Shown piece after piece: positions 34,882 through 43,271 of a stretch of 46,088 bases of DNA. Numbering within the stretch: position 1 is the stretch's first letter; every line of letters starts with the position of its first letter. The position numbers and the translations under genes were made by a program. The DNA comes from Candidatus Woesearchaeota archaeon (lineage in GTDB: Archaea; Nanobdellota; Nanobdellia; Woesearchaeales; GW2011-AR4), in assembly GCA_002686855.1 (NCBI GenBank), contig NYYQ01000007.1, forward strand, positions 1 to 46,088. Direction: 5' to 3'. The notes beneath the pieces were generated by a model, which saw nothing but the letters and a program-made list of their open reading frames with translations, was not told where the DNA came from and did no database searches.

Positions 34882-37470
34882 TCATTTCTTTAAACTAATC
34901 TTAGCCAAAACATTCTTATGCATCCTTCTCAAAAACTCTACACGATCTTCTATTTTCAAAATATCTGTTATTCCCTGAGCAACTAAGTTAAATGCAAAAG
35001 GGCTTGGTATTGTTGTATTTATTTCTTTGATTATAATATTCTTTTTTTCTATGCCATCAATAACTTTTTGCGCGTTTTCTATGTCCATCAAATCCTCCAA
35101 AACCTCTCTTCTTGCTTCCTTTAAGATTGAAAAATCCGGGCTTATTCTTTTAACAGCATTTATTAAGATTTGTGATGAAACTTGCTGCCTTCCAACTCTT
35201 TTAGTTCTTCCTTTATAGGTTCTTAAGATCATCAAAGCTCTCATGGCGCAATGCCTAAACCTTCTTTTCAGGACTTCTGATTTGTCCAATGCCAGGTCTA
35301 ACACTTTCTTGAAATCTTTTGATTTGATAAGCTTAAAAGCATGCATCACGTTTACCTGCTTCTCGGAAGCGATATAAAATCCATTATCGCTTATTCCTAT
35401 CTCGACATCTCTATGTTGGGTTCTTGATATAGCAAAACCAACTGCTCTGGATAAGCAGTCATTTACTCTTCTGCCATATAAGGTATGGAAAATTGTATGC
35501 TTAATGCCTTTGTCATTTGTGTAATGCTCTATTATAATCCTGCTATGGCTTGGAATTTCAGCATAATTAAACTGCTCAAAAAAATAATTATAGATTGATT
35601 CAGCAGCATTTTTATCAACATAAACATAGCTGTTAATAAAATCAATAATTTCCTTTTTGCTTTTTCCAGCGCAAAACTTTTCATTCAATAGCTTTCTAAA
35701 CCTTCCAATTTCTGAAGCCAAATCAAAGCTTAATGGCAGCATCTCTGAGAACCATGATGGAACCGTAGGAGGCCTATTAACAGAAGCGTTTACTTGCGCT
35801 GTCATTCCTCTGGCAAACTTAAACTGGTAAGTATTGCCTCCTAAGACAAAAACGTCTCCAGGCCTTAATCTTTCCAGGAAAGCTTCTTCTATTGTGCCTA
35901 CAACTTGGTCACGTATCTTTACCAAAACAGATGTTTCGTCCGGTATGGTGCCAATATTAGTCATGTAAAGAACTCTTGCTAATTTTCCTCTTTTTCCGAT
36001 CATATCCGTTTCTTCATCATGCCATATCTTCGCGTAGATATGCCTGTCTTCTAAAGAACTATATTTTCCGGTTAAATAATCTATAACATCATTAAAATCT
36101 TTTTTTGTTAGATTGTGATAGCAATATGAATTTTTTATTAATGTAAACAGGTCTTTTTTAAGGATTCTATCTTGGATTGCTATGCCATAAATTTGTTGGG
36201 CCAAAACATCTAAAGCATTTGTTGGAATATGGATTTTGTCAATTTTCTTTTCTATAGCGCTCTTTAGTAAAACAGCGCATTCTACTAGGTCATCCCTGTC
36301 TAAAACAATGATCCTTCCCTTTGTTGTATCATGCAGTTTATGTCCGGATCTTCCAATCCTTTGTAAGGCTCTGGCAACCGATTTTGGACTTCCTAAACAA
36401 ATTACCAGGTCAATGAAGCCTATGTCTATGCCCAATTCTAAGGAAGTTGAGCAAACAACAACTTTTATTTTTCCTTCTCTTAGGCTGTTTTCTAAGGTTT
36501 GCCTATGAGTTTTAGATAAAGAGCCGTGATGAGCGCCTATGTTGCTTTCATTGTACAATTTTGGAAAGTTGTCTTTCAAATTGTGGACTACTCTTTCTGT
36601 AGCAGATCTGGTGTTTGTGAAAACCAAAGTCGTTTTGTGGCTTTGAATTAAGTGATGCATCAACTCGTACAGGGCATCGTGCATATTTTTATGTTCGGTG
36701 TCTATTAGATCAGATACAGGACTTAGAACTTTAAGATCCAATTTCTTTATGAATTGAACGTCAACAATTTTGCAAGGTCTTAGGGCTTTTTTTTCATAGC
36801 CCACTAAATATTTTGCGATATCTTCCAAGGGCGCTATAGTAGCTGATAAACCAACCCGCGTCATTCCTTGAGAAAGCATTTGCAACCTTTCTAAGCTTAA
36901 AGACAGGTAAGTACCTCTTTTATTCTCAGCTAAGGCATGAATTTCATCAACAATGCACCATTGAACATCTTTTAAATTATCAACAAATTTTATTGAAGAT
37001 AAAACTATAGCCAAACTTTCAGGTGTTGTGATTAAGATGTGTGGAGGCTTTTTCAGCATCTTTGCTTTTTCAGAAGTGTTGGTGTCTCCTGTTCGTACCG
37101 CTACCCTAATGCCTGTTTCTTTTTTTATCAGATCTTCCATTTGTTTTAGAGGTTCCAGCAGATTAACTCGAATATCTGAACTTAACGCTCTTAATGGAGA
37201 GATGTATACGCAATAGATCTTATCTTCCAGAATTCCTTTTTGGGAGGAATCTATTAATTCATTTAAAATTGATAAGAACGCTGTTAGGGTTTTTCCAGAA
37301 CCAGTTGGGGAAGAAATCAAAATATTTTCTCTGGAATGGATGGGCATTACTCCGTATTGTTGTGGAACTGAGAAATCCTTGAAAGTATTAAAGAACCATT
37401 TCCTAACCGTTGGATTTAGTATTTTGGTTATCTGTTCTGTTTTGTAGGGCTTTTCCATTCGTGTTATCAT
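34882..37470 (-). CDS. lhr: Lhr-like DEAD/DEAH-box helicase
   Basis: SPTGSGKT, VDEIH, SATI, QRIGRSGH motifs plus long Lhr-type C-terminal domain. Confidence 0.85.
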   Translation of the reverse strand: MITRMEKPYKTEQITKILNPTVRKWFFNTFKDFSVPQQYGVMPIHSRENILISSPTGSGKTLTAFLSILNELIDSSQKGILEDKIYCVYISPLRALSSDIRVNLLEPLKQMEDLIKKETGIRVAVRTGDTNTSEKAKMLKKPPHILITTPESLAIVLSSIKFVDNLKDVQWCIVDEIHALAENKRGTYLSLSLERLQMLSQGMTRVGLSATIAPLEDIAKYLVGYEKKALRPCKIVDVQFIKKLDLKVLSPVSDLIDTEHKNMHDALYELMHHLIQSHKTTLVFTNTRSATERVVHNLKDNFPKLYNESNIGAHHGSLSKTHRQTLENSLREGKIKVVVCSTSLELGIDIGFIDLVICLGSPKSVARALQRIGRSGHKLHDTTKGRIIVLDRDDLVECAVLLKSAIEKKIDKIHIPTNALDVLAQQIYGIAIQDRILKKDLFTLIKNSYCYHNLTKKDFNDVIDYLTGKYSSLEDRHIYAKIWHDEETDMIGKRGKLARVLYMTNIGTIPDETSVLVKIRDQVVGTIEEAFLERLRPGDVFVLGGNTYQFKFARGMTAQVNASVNRPPTVPSWFSEMLPLSFDLASEIGRFRKLLNEKFCAGKSKKEIIDFINSYVYVDKNAAESIYNYFFEQFNYAEIPSHSRIIIEHYTNDKGIKHTIFHTLYGRRVNDCLSRAVGFAISRTQHRDVEIGISDNGFYIASEKQVNVMHAFKLIKSKDFKKVLDLALDKSEVLKRRFRHCAMRALMILRTYKGRTKRVGRQQVSSQILINAVKRISPDFSILKEARREVLEDLMDIENAQKVIDGIEKKNIIIKEINTTIPSPFAFNLVAQGITDILKIEDRVEFLRRMHKNVLAKISLKK

Positions 37471-37763
37471 TTTAATTACTCATATTTTTCAAATGCGGGG
37501 TATTTATTTTCTATATTGTAAAGATATATTCGTAGCTAAATTGTTTACTATGTGAAATAGAATTGGTATATAAATCTTATTCGAGAATGTCCAGTGCTTC
37601 TTTTTTTATGTTTAGGTCGTCTTTAGTATCAAGACTGGATTTCCTGGAATTTTTCATGACAGAAAGAAATTTCCGAAGGAAGGTTTTATTCTATTTTTGG
37701 AGAGAGAAAACAACATCTTTATAAACAAAAACTTATTTCTTGTTACTGCGCTAACAAAGTTAG

Positions 37764-37820
37764 CCATTCTATTGCCGCAAGGCAAGAAAAAACTCAATTT
37801 AAAAATTTTCAATAGAATGG
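37764..37820. promoter_or_regulatory. 11-bp perfect inverted repeat bracketing an AT-rich box upstream of rps19e
   Basis: ccattctattg (37764-74) / caatagaatgg (37810-20); inner ttgcc-GCAA-ggcaa hairpin (37772-37785). Confidence 0.4.
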
Positions 37821-37884
37821 ATTCAATTAAAAAATAAATCAATAAAATTTTTCAATAATAAAATATAATTAAAAAAACAATAAA

Positions 37885-38499
37885 ATGGGAACAATTTATG
37901 ACTGCGATCCAGCTGAACTTATAGAAAAAGCATCTGGAGAATTGAAAAAGGTTGAGGCAGTAAAAGCGCCAACATGGGCAGTTTTTGTAAAAACTGGTGT
38001 CCATAAGGAAAGGCCGCCTTTTAGGAATGACTGGTGGCACACAAGAACAGCTTCTGTTTTAAGGCAGGTTTACATTAAAGGTCCAATTGGAGTTTCAAAA
38101 TTAAGAAATAAATACGGCGGAAAGAAAAACAGAGGGGTGAAAAAATCACATTTCTATAAAGGTTCTGGAAGTATTATAAGAAAAATCCTGCAGCAGCTGG
38201 AAAAAGCAGGTTTTGTTAAAAAAGAAGATTCTGGAGTGCATAAGGGAAAAGTAATAACAAAAGAAGGAAAACAATTTTTAGATAGTATTGCATCAACAAT
38301 ATCAATTCAAATTCAAACACCAAAAAAGGAAGCAAAACCAGCTAAAGAGAAAGCGGCTAAGGAAGAAACAAAGCCAATTAAAGAAAAACAAGAAAAGAAA
38401 AAAGAAATAAGCCAAAAAACAAAAATCGAAATAAAAGAAAAAACAATAAAAGAAACCAAAGAAGAAGAAGCAAAAACTGAGCCTGAGAAAAAACAATAA
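37885..38499 (+). CDS. rps19e: 30S ribosomal protein eS19 with K/E-rich C-terminal extension
   Basis: APTWAVFVKTGVHKERPP..DWWHTRTASVLRQVY..GVSKLRNKYGG; about 55 extra K/E-rich residues. Confidence 0.85.
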   Translation: MGTIYDCDPAELIEKASGELKKVEAVKAPTWAVFVKTGVHKERPPFRNDWWHTRTASVLRQVYIKGPIGVSKLRNKYGGKKNRGVKKSHFYKGSGSIIRKILQQLEKAGFVKKEDSGVHKGKVITKEGKQFLDSIASTISIQIQTPKKEAKPAKEKAAKEETKPIKEKQEKKKEISQKTKIEIKEKTIKETKEEEAKTEPEKKQ

Positions 38500-38500
38500 A

Positions 38501-38833
38501 ATGAATGAATTAGAAGAAATAAAAAGAAAAAAATTGGAAATGCTAAAGCAACAGCAAGCAGAAAGTATGCAGCAACAGGCACAAGAACAGCAGCAATTGC
38601 AGCAACAAATCCAGCAATTAGAAGCAATTGTAAAACAGGCTTTGACAAAAGAAGCACTAGAAAGATATGGAAATCTAAAATCGGCTTTTCCTGAGAAAGC
38701 TGTTCAGCTTTTGGTTATTTTAGTGCAAGCATTGCAGTCAGGACAAATAAAAAACATTGATGATAATGCATTGAAGGAAATCTTAAAAAAATTAACTCCG
38801 GAAAAAAAGGATTTTAAGATAAAAAGAGTATAA
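38501..38833 (+). CDS. PDCD5/TFAR19-like DNA-binding protein
   Basis: Conserved position after rps19e; Q-rich coiled N-terminus, LTKEALERYGNLK...AVQLLV core. Confidence 0.7.
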   Translation: MNELEEIKRKKLEMLKQQQAESMQQQAQEQQQLQQQIQQLEAIVKQALTKEALERYGNLKSAFPEKAVQLLVILVQALQSGQIKNIDDNALKEILKKLTPEKKDFKIKRV

Positions 38834-38875
38834 AACCAACGGAGTTGGTGCCAAAAATATGGGGTATTTTTCAGT

Positions 38876-39049
38876 ATGTCACGGTATAAACATCCAAGCA
38901 GAAAGAAAAGATTGAACAAGCATAGATTGCAAACTAGATGGGCTCCTTTCTGGACAGTTCCCAAGATTTACGGAAAATCAAGAAAAGTCCATCCAGGAAG
39001 ACATACAAAGAAAAAGAGAAGCTGGAGAAGGACAAGAACTAAGGCTTAA
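38876..39049 (+). CDS. rpl39e: 50S ribosomal protein eL39 (57 aa, below ORF-track cutoff)
   Basis: MSRYKHPSRKKRLNKHRLQTRWAPFWTVPKIYGKSRKVHPGRHTKKKRSWRRTRTKA; position between PDCD5-like gene and rpl31e. Confidence 0.8.
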   Translation: MSRYKHPSRKKRLNKHRLQTRWAPFWTVPKIYGKSRKVHPGRHTKKKRSWRRTRTKA

Positions 39050-39117
39050 AGCCAATAAAAAATAATTATTTTTGACAATTAAAATCTTTAAATTGTAAAT
39101 AAAATTAATGATTGAAA

Positions 39118-39693
39118 ATGGCAAAGAAAGAAGCAGCACCAAAAACTGTACTAGAAAGAATTTATAATGTTCCTTTAAGAAGAGAGTACCTTAAGGCTCC
39201 TAACTGGAAAAGAACTCCTAAAGCAGTCAAAGCTCTAAGGCAGTTTATCTCTAAACATATGAAATCAGATAATGTTATTATTGGAAGATATGCTAATCTG
39301 CATCTTTGGAAGCACGGAATAAAAAATCCCCCCCATCACATTAAAGTTAATGCAGTTAAAGACGAGAAGGGAAAGGTTACTGCAGAGCTTGTTGACCTTT
39401 CTGGAAAAGCAAAGAGAGAGCTGGAAAAGCAAAAAGAAGTTGATAAGAAAAAAGAAGAGATAGAAAAGCAGAAAGAGGCAGAAGAAAAAGCTAAAAAAGA
39501 AGCAGAGAAAAAGAAATCTGAAGAAGAAAAGAAAGCAGAAGAAGCAAAAAAAGAGAAAGAAGGGAAAGCTAAAGAAATACAAAAAGAAGAAATCAAAGAA
39601 TTGAAAAAAGAACAGCCAAAACTACAGCCACTAAAACAAGCACCGCAACCAAAACAAGTTCAAAGACAGCCAACTGCTCCCAAGAGTCAGTGA
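39118..39693 (+). CDS. rpl31e: 50S ribosomal protein eL31 with long K/E-rich C-terminal extension
   Basis: ERIYNVPLRREY..KRTPKAVKALRQFISKHMK..NLHLWKHGIKNPP core; about 100 extra residues. Confidence 0.85.
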   Translation: MAKKEAAPKTVLERIYNVPLRREYLKAPNWKRTPKAVKALRQFISKHMKSDNVIIGRYANLHLWKHGIKNPPHHIKVNAVKDEKGKVTAELVDLSGKAKRELEKQKEVDKKKEEIEKQKEAEEKAKKEAEKKKSEEEKKAEEAKKEKEGKAKEIQKEEIKELKKEQPKLQPLKQAPQPKQVQRQPTAPKSQ

Positions 39694-39712
39694 TTTTATT
39701 TCTTAATTATGA

Positions 39713-41170
39713 TCAATTTATTTTCAATTTTTCTAACTGGACAACCAATTTCAAAAAAATCTTTCCTTCTTTAGTTATAGAGATAATAAACGGATTTTTA
39801 TTTACCCCTTTACCCTCAATTTTAACAAAATTTCCATATTGTTTTTTCCTTAAAGTGTCTAATATTGAATCTCTCCTTATTTCTAATAACTTAGCTAACT
39901 CATTAGCAGTGGAATTATTATTTTTATTAAGAACAGCTAGATGCTTAACCATAGTTTTTGTGAAACTATGATTCAAAAATCCATCAAAAGCTTTCTTCCT
40001 TCTTTCACTATGGACTCTAAATGGAATTATGTTATTGGATAATAAAATTTTGAAGAATGAATATAGATTATTCCAGCCTCCAATCACGAAAGTTTTATTT
40101 TGTTCTTCTTTAGCTAGTTTTGATATACTAGCCTTACGCAGTATTTTTTCAAAAAGTTCCTTTTCCTGTTTATTAAAACTTAAGGTAATTTTGTGTAGTC
40201 CTGATTTATTTAATTGTGCACCTCCTTCTGCATATAATAAGCCATTCAAGGCATGGAAAGAGTTTTTTTCATCTAATCCATTTATAATTTTGTCAAAAAC
40301 AAATCTGAATAACAGAGATAAGATTGTTTTGTCAATTATTATCCTTAAATTCCCTCTAGAATTAGTTTTTAAAGCCGATTTTGATGTTGTATAAAATTGC
40401 GGATTTTTCAAGTCCAATGTATCCTTCCAATATCTCTTCGAATAATCTTTTTTGTCTAGGTCAAATAATAATATCCTAGCTCTCCACAACTCTTTGGGTA
40501 TATTAAAAATATTCTCAAATCCATCAAAGACAAATTTATGTAGCTCTGGATTCTTATTAACGAAATATAATTTAGATTTATAATGACCATCTCCATGGAT
40601 TAAGAATAACAATTCTATCAATTTCGAAGAAGATTCAATAAATCTGGGTATGGTGATTGGAATTTTCTTTTTATAGTAAATTATAATAAAATCTTTCTGT
40701 CTTGGAATAATTTTAACATTTTTATCGTAATTTATTATTTGAGCTAAATCTATTCCCTTATTACAGCTAACTAAAGCTGTATTTTTGCCAACTATCTTTA
40801 TTAAAACCTTTTCATTATTTTTTATATCTAGAATATCCACAAAATTTTTGGGTATACGTAAAAGACCCCATTCATAAACTTGAGTTACAAACTCAAGTTC
40901 TTGCTTTTCTTTACAAATCCTTATTAAAACTATATCCTTTTCATTGATGTTTATTGATTTTCTAATTTTTAATGGAATCCTAATAAAAGGACGAAGTGTC
41001 TGAGTATTAATCTTAGCAAGAAATTCACATATCGATTTTTCTTTTTTGTAAAGGTTAACAAAATTAAATGAATTTATGATTTCTTTATAATAAATTCTTT
41101 TATCTTTTATTTCTAAGCAAGGTATATTTTTCTCTTCTTTTGTTAAATTTTTATTAAATATTGTTTTCAT
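39713..41170 (-). CDS. free-standing LAGLIDADG-like protein with AbrB-like N-terminal and wHTH C-terminal regions
   Basis: Two motifs about 118 aa apart: LLFLIHGDGHY and LNGLLYAEGGAQ; LLRIPKNFVDILDIKNNEKVLIKIVG (AbrB-like); STANELAKLLEIRRDSILDTLRKK (HTH). Confidence 0.55.
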   Translation of the reverse strand: MKTIFNKNLTKEEKNIPCLEIKDKRIYYKEIINSFNFVNLYKKEKSICEFLAKINTQTLRPFIRIPLKIRKSININEKDIVLIRICKEKQELEFVTQVYEWGLLRIPKNFVDILDIKNNEKVLIKIVGKNTALVSCNKGIDLAQIINYDKNVKIIPRQKDFIIIYYKKKIPITIPRFIESSSKLIELLFLIHGDGHYKSKLYFVNKNPELHKFVFDGFENIFNIPKELWRARILLFDLDKKDYSKRYWKDTLDLKNPQFYTTSKSALKTNSRGNLRIIIDKTILSLLFRFVFDKIINGLDEKNSFHALNGLLYAEGGAQLNKSGLHKITLSFNKQEKELFEKILRKASISKLAKEEQNKTFVIGGWNNLYSFFKILLSNNIIPFRVHSERRKKAFDGFLNHSFTKTMVKHLAVLNKNNNSTANELAKLLEIRRDSILDTLRKKQYGNFVKIEGKGVNKNPFIISITKEGKIFLKLVVQLEKLKIN

Positions 41171-41385
41171 TTGAAATCACAATTTTACTAAATGAAACGA
41201 TAGTAAATGGTTTTAGTTTTTAAACGAAAATCATAATTTAATTGTTGAATACGGCTGACGATTTTAAATGTAAAAAATAATTTAAAAATTTTTAGGGAGA
41301 AGTCATATAAATACCTTACGCACGAATGTCCAGTGGACGAAACATTATTAAAGTCACTATTAATCTTAAAAAAGGAGGTGGGCTA

Positions 41386-41617
41386 ATGAATAAAAATTTA
41401 TTACCTTTTGAAACAGTTAAAAGAAAAATCCTTGTAAAAAAAGAAGCAGAAACTGATGATAAATTAGGATGCAGACCAAAAGAAAGAAAAACAGAAGAGA
41501 TAATTAATTATGGTGTTGTTAATATAAACAAATGCCAAGGTCCTACTAGTCATCAGATAAGCGATTATGTTCAAAAAATTCTTGGAATAACAAAAAGTGG
41601 GCATTCGGGGACTCTAG
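41386..41617 (+). CDS. cbf5: tRNA/rRNA pseudouridine synthase Cbf5, exon 1
   Basis: GGAGGTG SD before ATG 41386; ...CQGPTSHQISDYVQKILGITKSGHSGTL then the first nt of the Asp codon. Confidence 0.8.
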
Positions 41618-41633
41618 AGTAAAAATCAGAGAA
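41618..41633 (+). other. candidate 16-nt bulge-helix-bulge intron in cbf5 mRNA
   Basis: Outer helix 41607-11/41635-39, central 4-bp helix 41612-15/41628-31, 3-nt bulges 41616-18 and 41632-34; cleavage after the second bulge nt restores GAT (Asp) and the frame. Confidence 0.6.
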
Positions 41634-42376
41634 ATCCCCATGTCCATGGTGTTTTGCCAACAGCATTAGGCCGTGCAACAAGAATTGTGCAAACTTTGCT
41701 TACTTCTGGAAAAGAATATGTTGGAATTATGCACTTGCATAAAGATATTGATGAAAAAAAGCTAAAAGAAACAATAAAAAAGCATTTTGTAGGAAAGATA
41801 AAACAATTACCCCCCATAAAAAGCGCAGTAAGAAGACTATTAAGAACAAGAGAAATTTATTATTTTGATATTCTTGAAAAAGAAGGACAGGATGTTTTGT
41901 TTGTTGTTGGATGCCAAGCGGGAACTTACATAAGAAAATTAATTCATGATTTAGGACAGAAATTAAAAGTTGGAGCGCATATGCAGGAGCTTAGAAGAAC
42001 AAAAGCAGGACCATTCAACGAAGAAACAATTTTTTCATTGCAGGATTTAACTGATGCATTTTATTATTATAAAAAAGAATCAAATGACAAATTCTTAAGA
42101 AAAATTATACAGCCAGTAGAAAATGCTATAACACATTTACCCAAAATATGGGTTTTTGATAATGCTATTGATACAATTTGCCATGGAGCTTCTTTAAATA
42201 TTCCAGGAATTTCAAAATTAAATGATAAAATAGAGCCAGAGCAAACAGTTGCAATCATGACACTAAAAGATGAATTAATAGCATTAGGAACCTCAAAACT
42301 GAATTCTGAGAAAATATTAAAACAGGAAAAAGGCTTAGCAGTCAAAACAGATAAGGTTTTTATGGAGATAAATTAA
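41634..42376 (+). CDS. cbf5: Cbf5, exon 2 (TruB core and PUA domain)
   Basis: (D)PHVHGVLPTALGRATRIVQTLLTSGKEYVGIMHLH..., GTYIRKLIHDLG, ELRRTKAGPF; PUA-like C-terminus. Confidence 0.8.
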
Positions 42377-42424
42377 TAATCACTTCTTGCTCAAATCAGG
42401 TAACCGTATTGCATCTGGTTTAAC

Positions 42425-43006
42425 CTACCCAGTTCTAAGACGATGGCCATTAGATATATAAGTTCTAATCTTATCCGTAGGAATTTCATAATCTTTTTGC
42501 ATCCTGTCAACTACACCTATGGCCCAATTAAAGAAATCTTGAGGTATTTTTTCCGCACCAAATTGTCTATCTAACCAGTGTTTAAACACTCTTCTGTTTA
42601 TAGTAAATCCTTCCTTCCGGCTGTCTGATTTTGGAAATAATTCTTCTACTTTGAGTTTACCAAATGGCCTTTTTATCTCTGCAGTTTTTTCTGATCCATC
42701 TTGTGATTCCAGATACGCTCTACCCAAATCTGCAAGCTTTCCATAAAGTTCATTTTCAACAGACAAATCTGAACCCTCTTCTATATTGCCTGCAACATAG
42801 CTGTTGGCCACTTTCGCGGTTAAATATCTTCCATCGTCTATAGCTCTTCTTTGCATTTCAACAGTATCTTCAGTAGATAAAGTAGCTAAGCCCTGGAATC
42901 TTTTCTCAAGCAATTCATACGAAATAGCTAACCCATCAACTCTTCCAACATCTTTTTCTGGAATTACTGCTAAAGCTTCTAAAATAAAGTCTATTGAGTC
43001 CATCAC
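42425..43006 (-). CDS. hypothetical protein (ORFan, G+C-richer)
   Basis: 193-aa ORF between cbf5 and ftsZ; no motif recognised. Confidence 0.45.
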   Translation of the reverse strand: MMDSIDFILEALAVIPEKDVGRVDGLAISYELLEKRFQGLATLSTEDTVEMQRRAIDDGRYLTAKVANSYVAGNIEEGSDLSVENELYGKLADLGRAYLESQDGSEKTAEIKRPFGKLKVEELFPKSDSRKEGFTINRRVFKHWLDRQFGAEKIPQDFFNWAIGVVDRMQKDYEIPTDKIRTYISNGHRLRTG

Positions 43007-43160
43007 CTAATGTAATAGTTATTCCTTTATAAATACACCCAACCCCAACCTATATATTCTACTACAACCGTAAACTAGTATACAAAATAGTAACATTTAT
43101 ATACTAGCACCCCGATTAATATTATTCACTTATTTACGGAAATAAAGGGAAAAAGAGGCA

Positions 43161-43265
43161 GCAGGAAACAAAAATAGTTTTCTTGGTGTAAAAATAAAAA
43201 ACAAATTTTGAGGTAGCGGGAAAACAAGTTTTCCGAACATCAAAATAAAAAACAAATTTTGAGGT
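43161..43265 (+). repeat. tandem duplication (54 + 51 nt) of the ftsZ leader
   Basis: Each unit has a hairpin (ggaaac...gttttc / gggaaaac..gttttcc) plus an identical 24-mer aaaataaaaaacaaattttgaggt (43190-43213, 43241-43264). The second copy supplies the GAGGTGA SD of ftsZ. Confidence 0.75.
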
Positions 43266-43271
43266 GAAAAA

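Noticed and set aside
37654-38040. Two 62-aa minus-strand ORFs in the lhr-rps19e spacer
   Set aside because: No SD or promoter and low-complexity content; one overlaps the rps19e start. The spacer is better explained by regulatory repeats.
38302-38657. Antisense ORFs (64 and 114 aa) over the rps19e tail and PDCD5-like gene; likewise 39265..39596 over the rpl31e tail
   Set aside because: Phe/Leu/Ser-rich mirror images of K/E-rich coding repeats; there are no starts with SD.
39690-39971. 93-aa plus-strand ORF after rpl31e
   Set aside because: Lies antisense within the 3' end of the LAGLIDADG-like gene; hydrophobic low-complexity sequence.
41326-41385. ATG 41326 as the cbf5 start (20-aa extension MSSGRNIIKV...)
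   Set aside because: It lies only about 14 nt after the TATA box, probably upstream of the transcription start. ATG 41386 has a perfect GGAGGTG SD.
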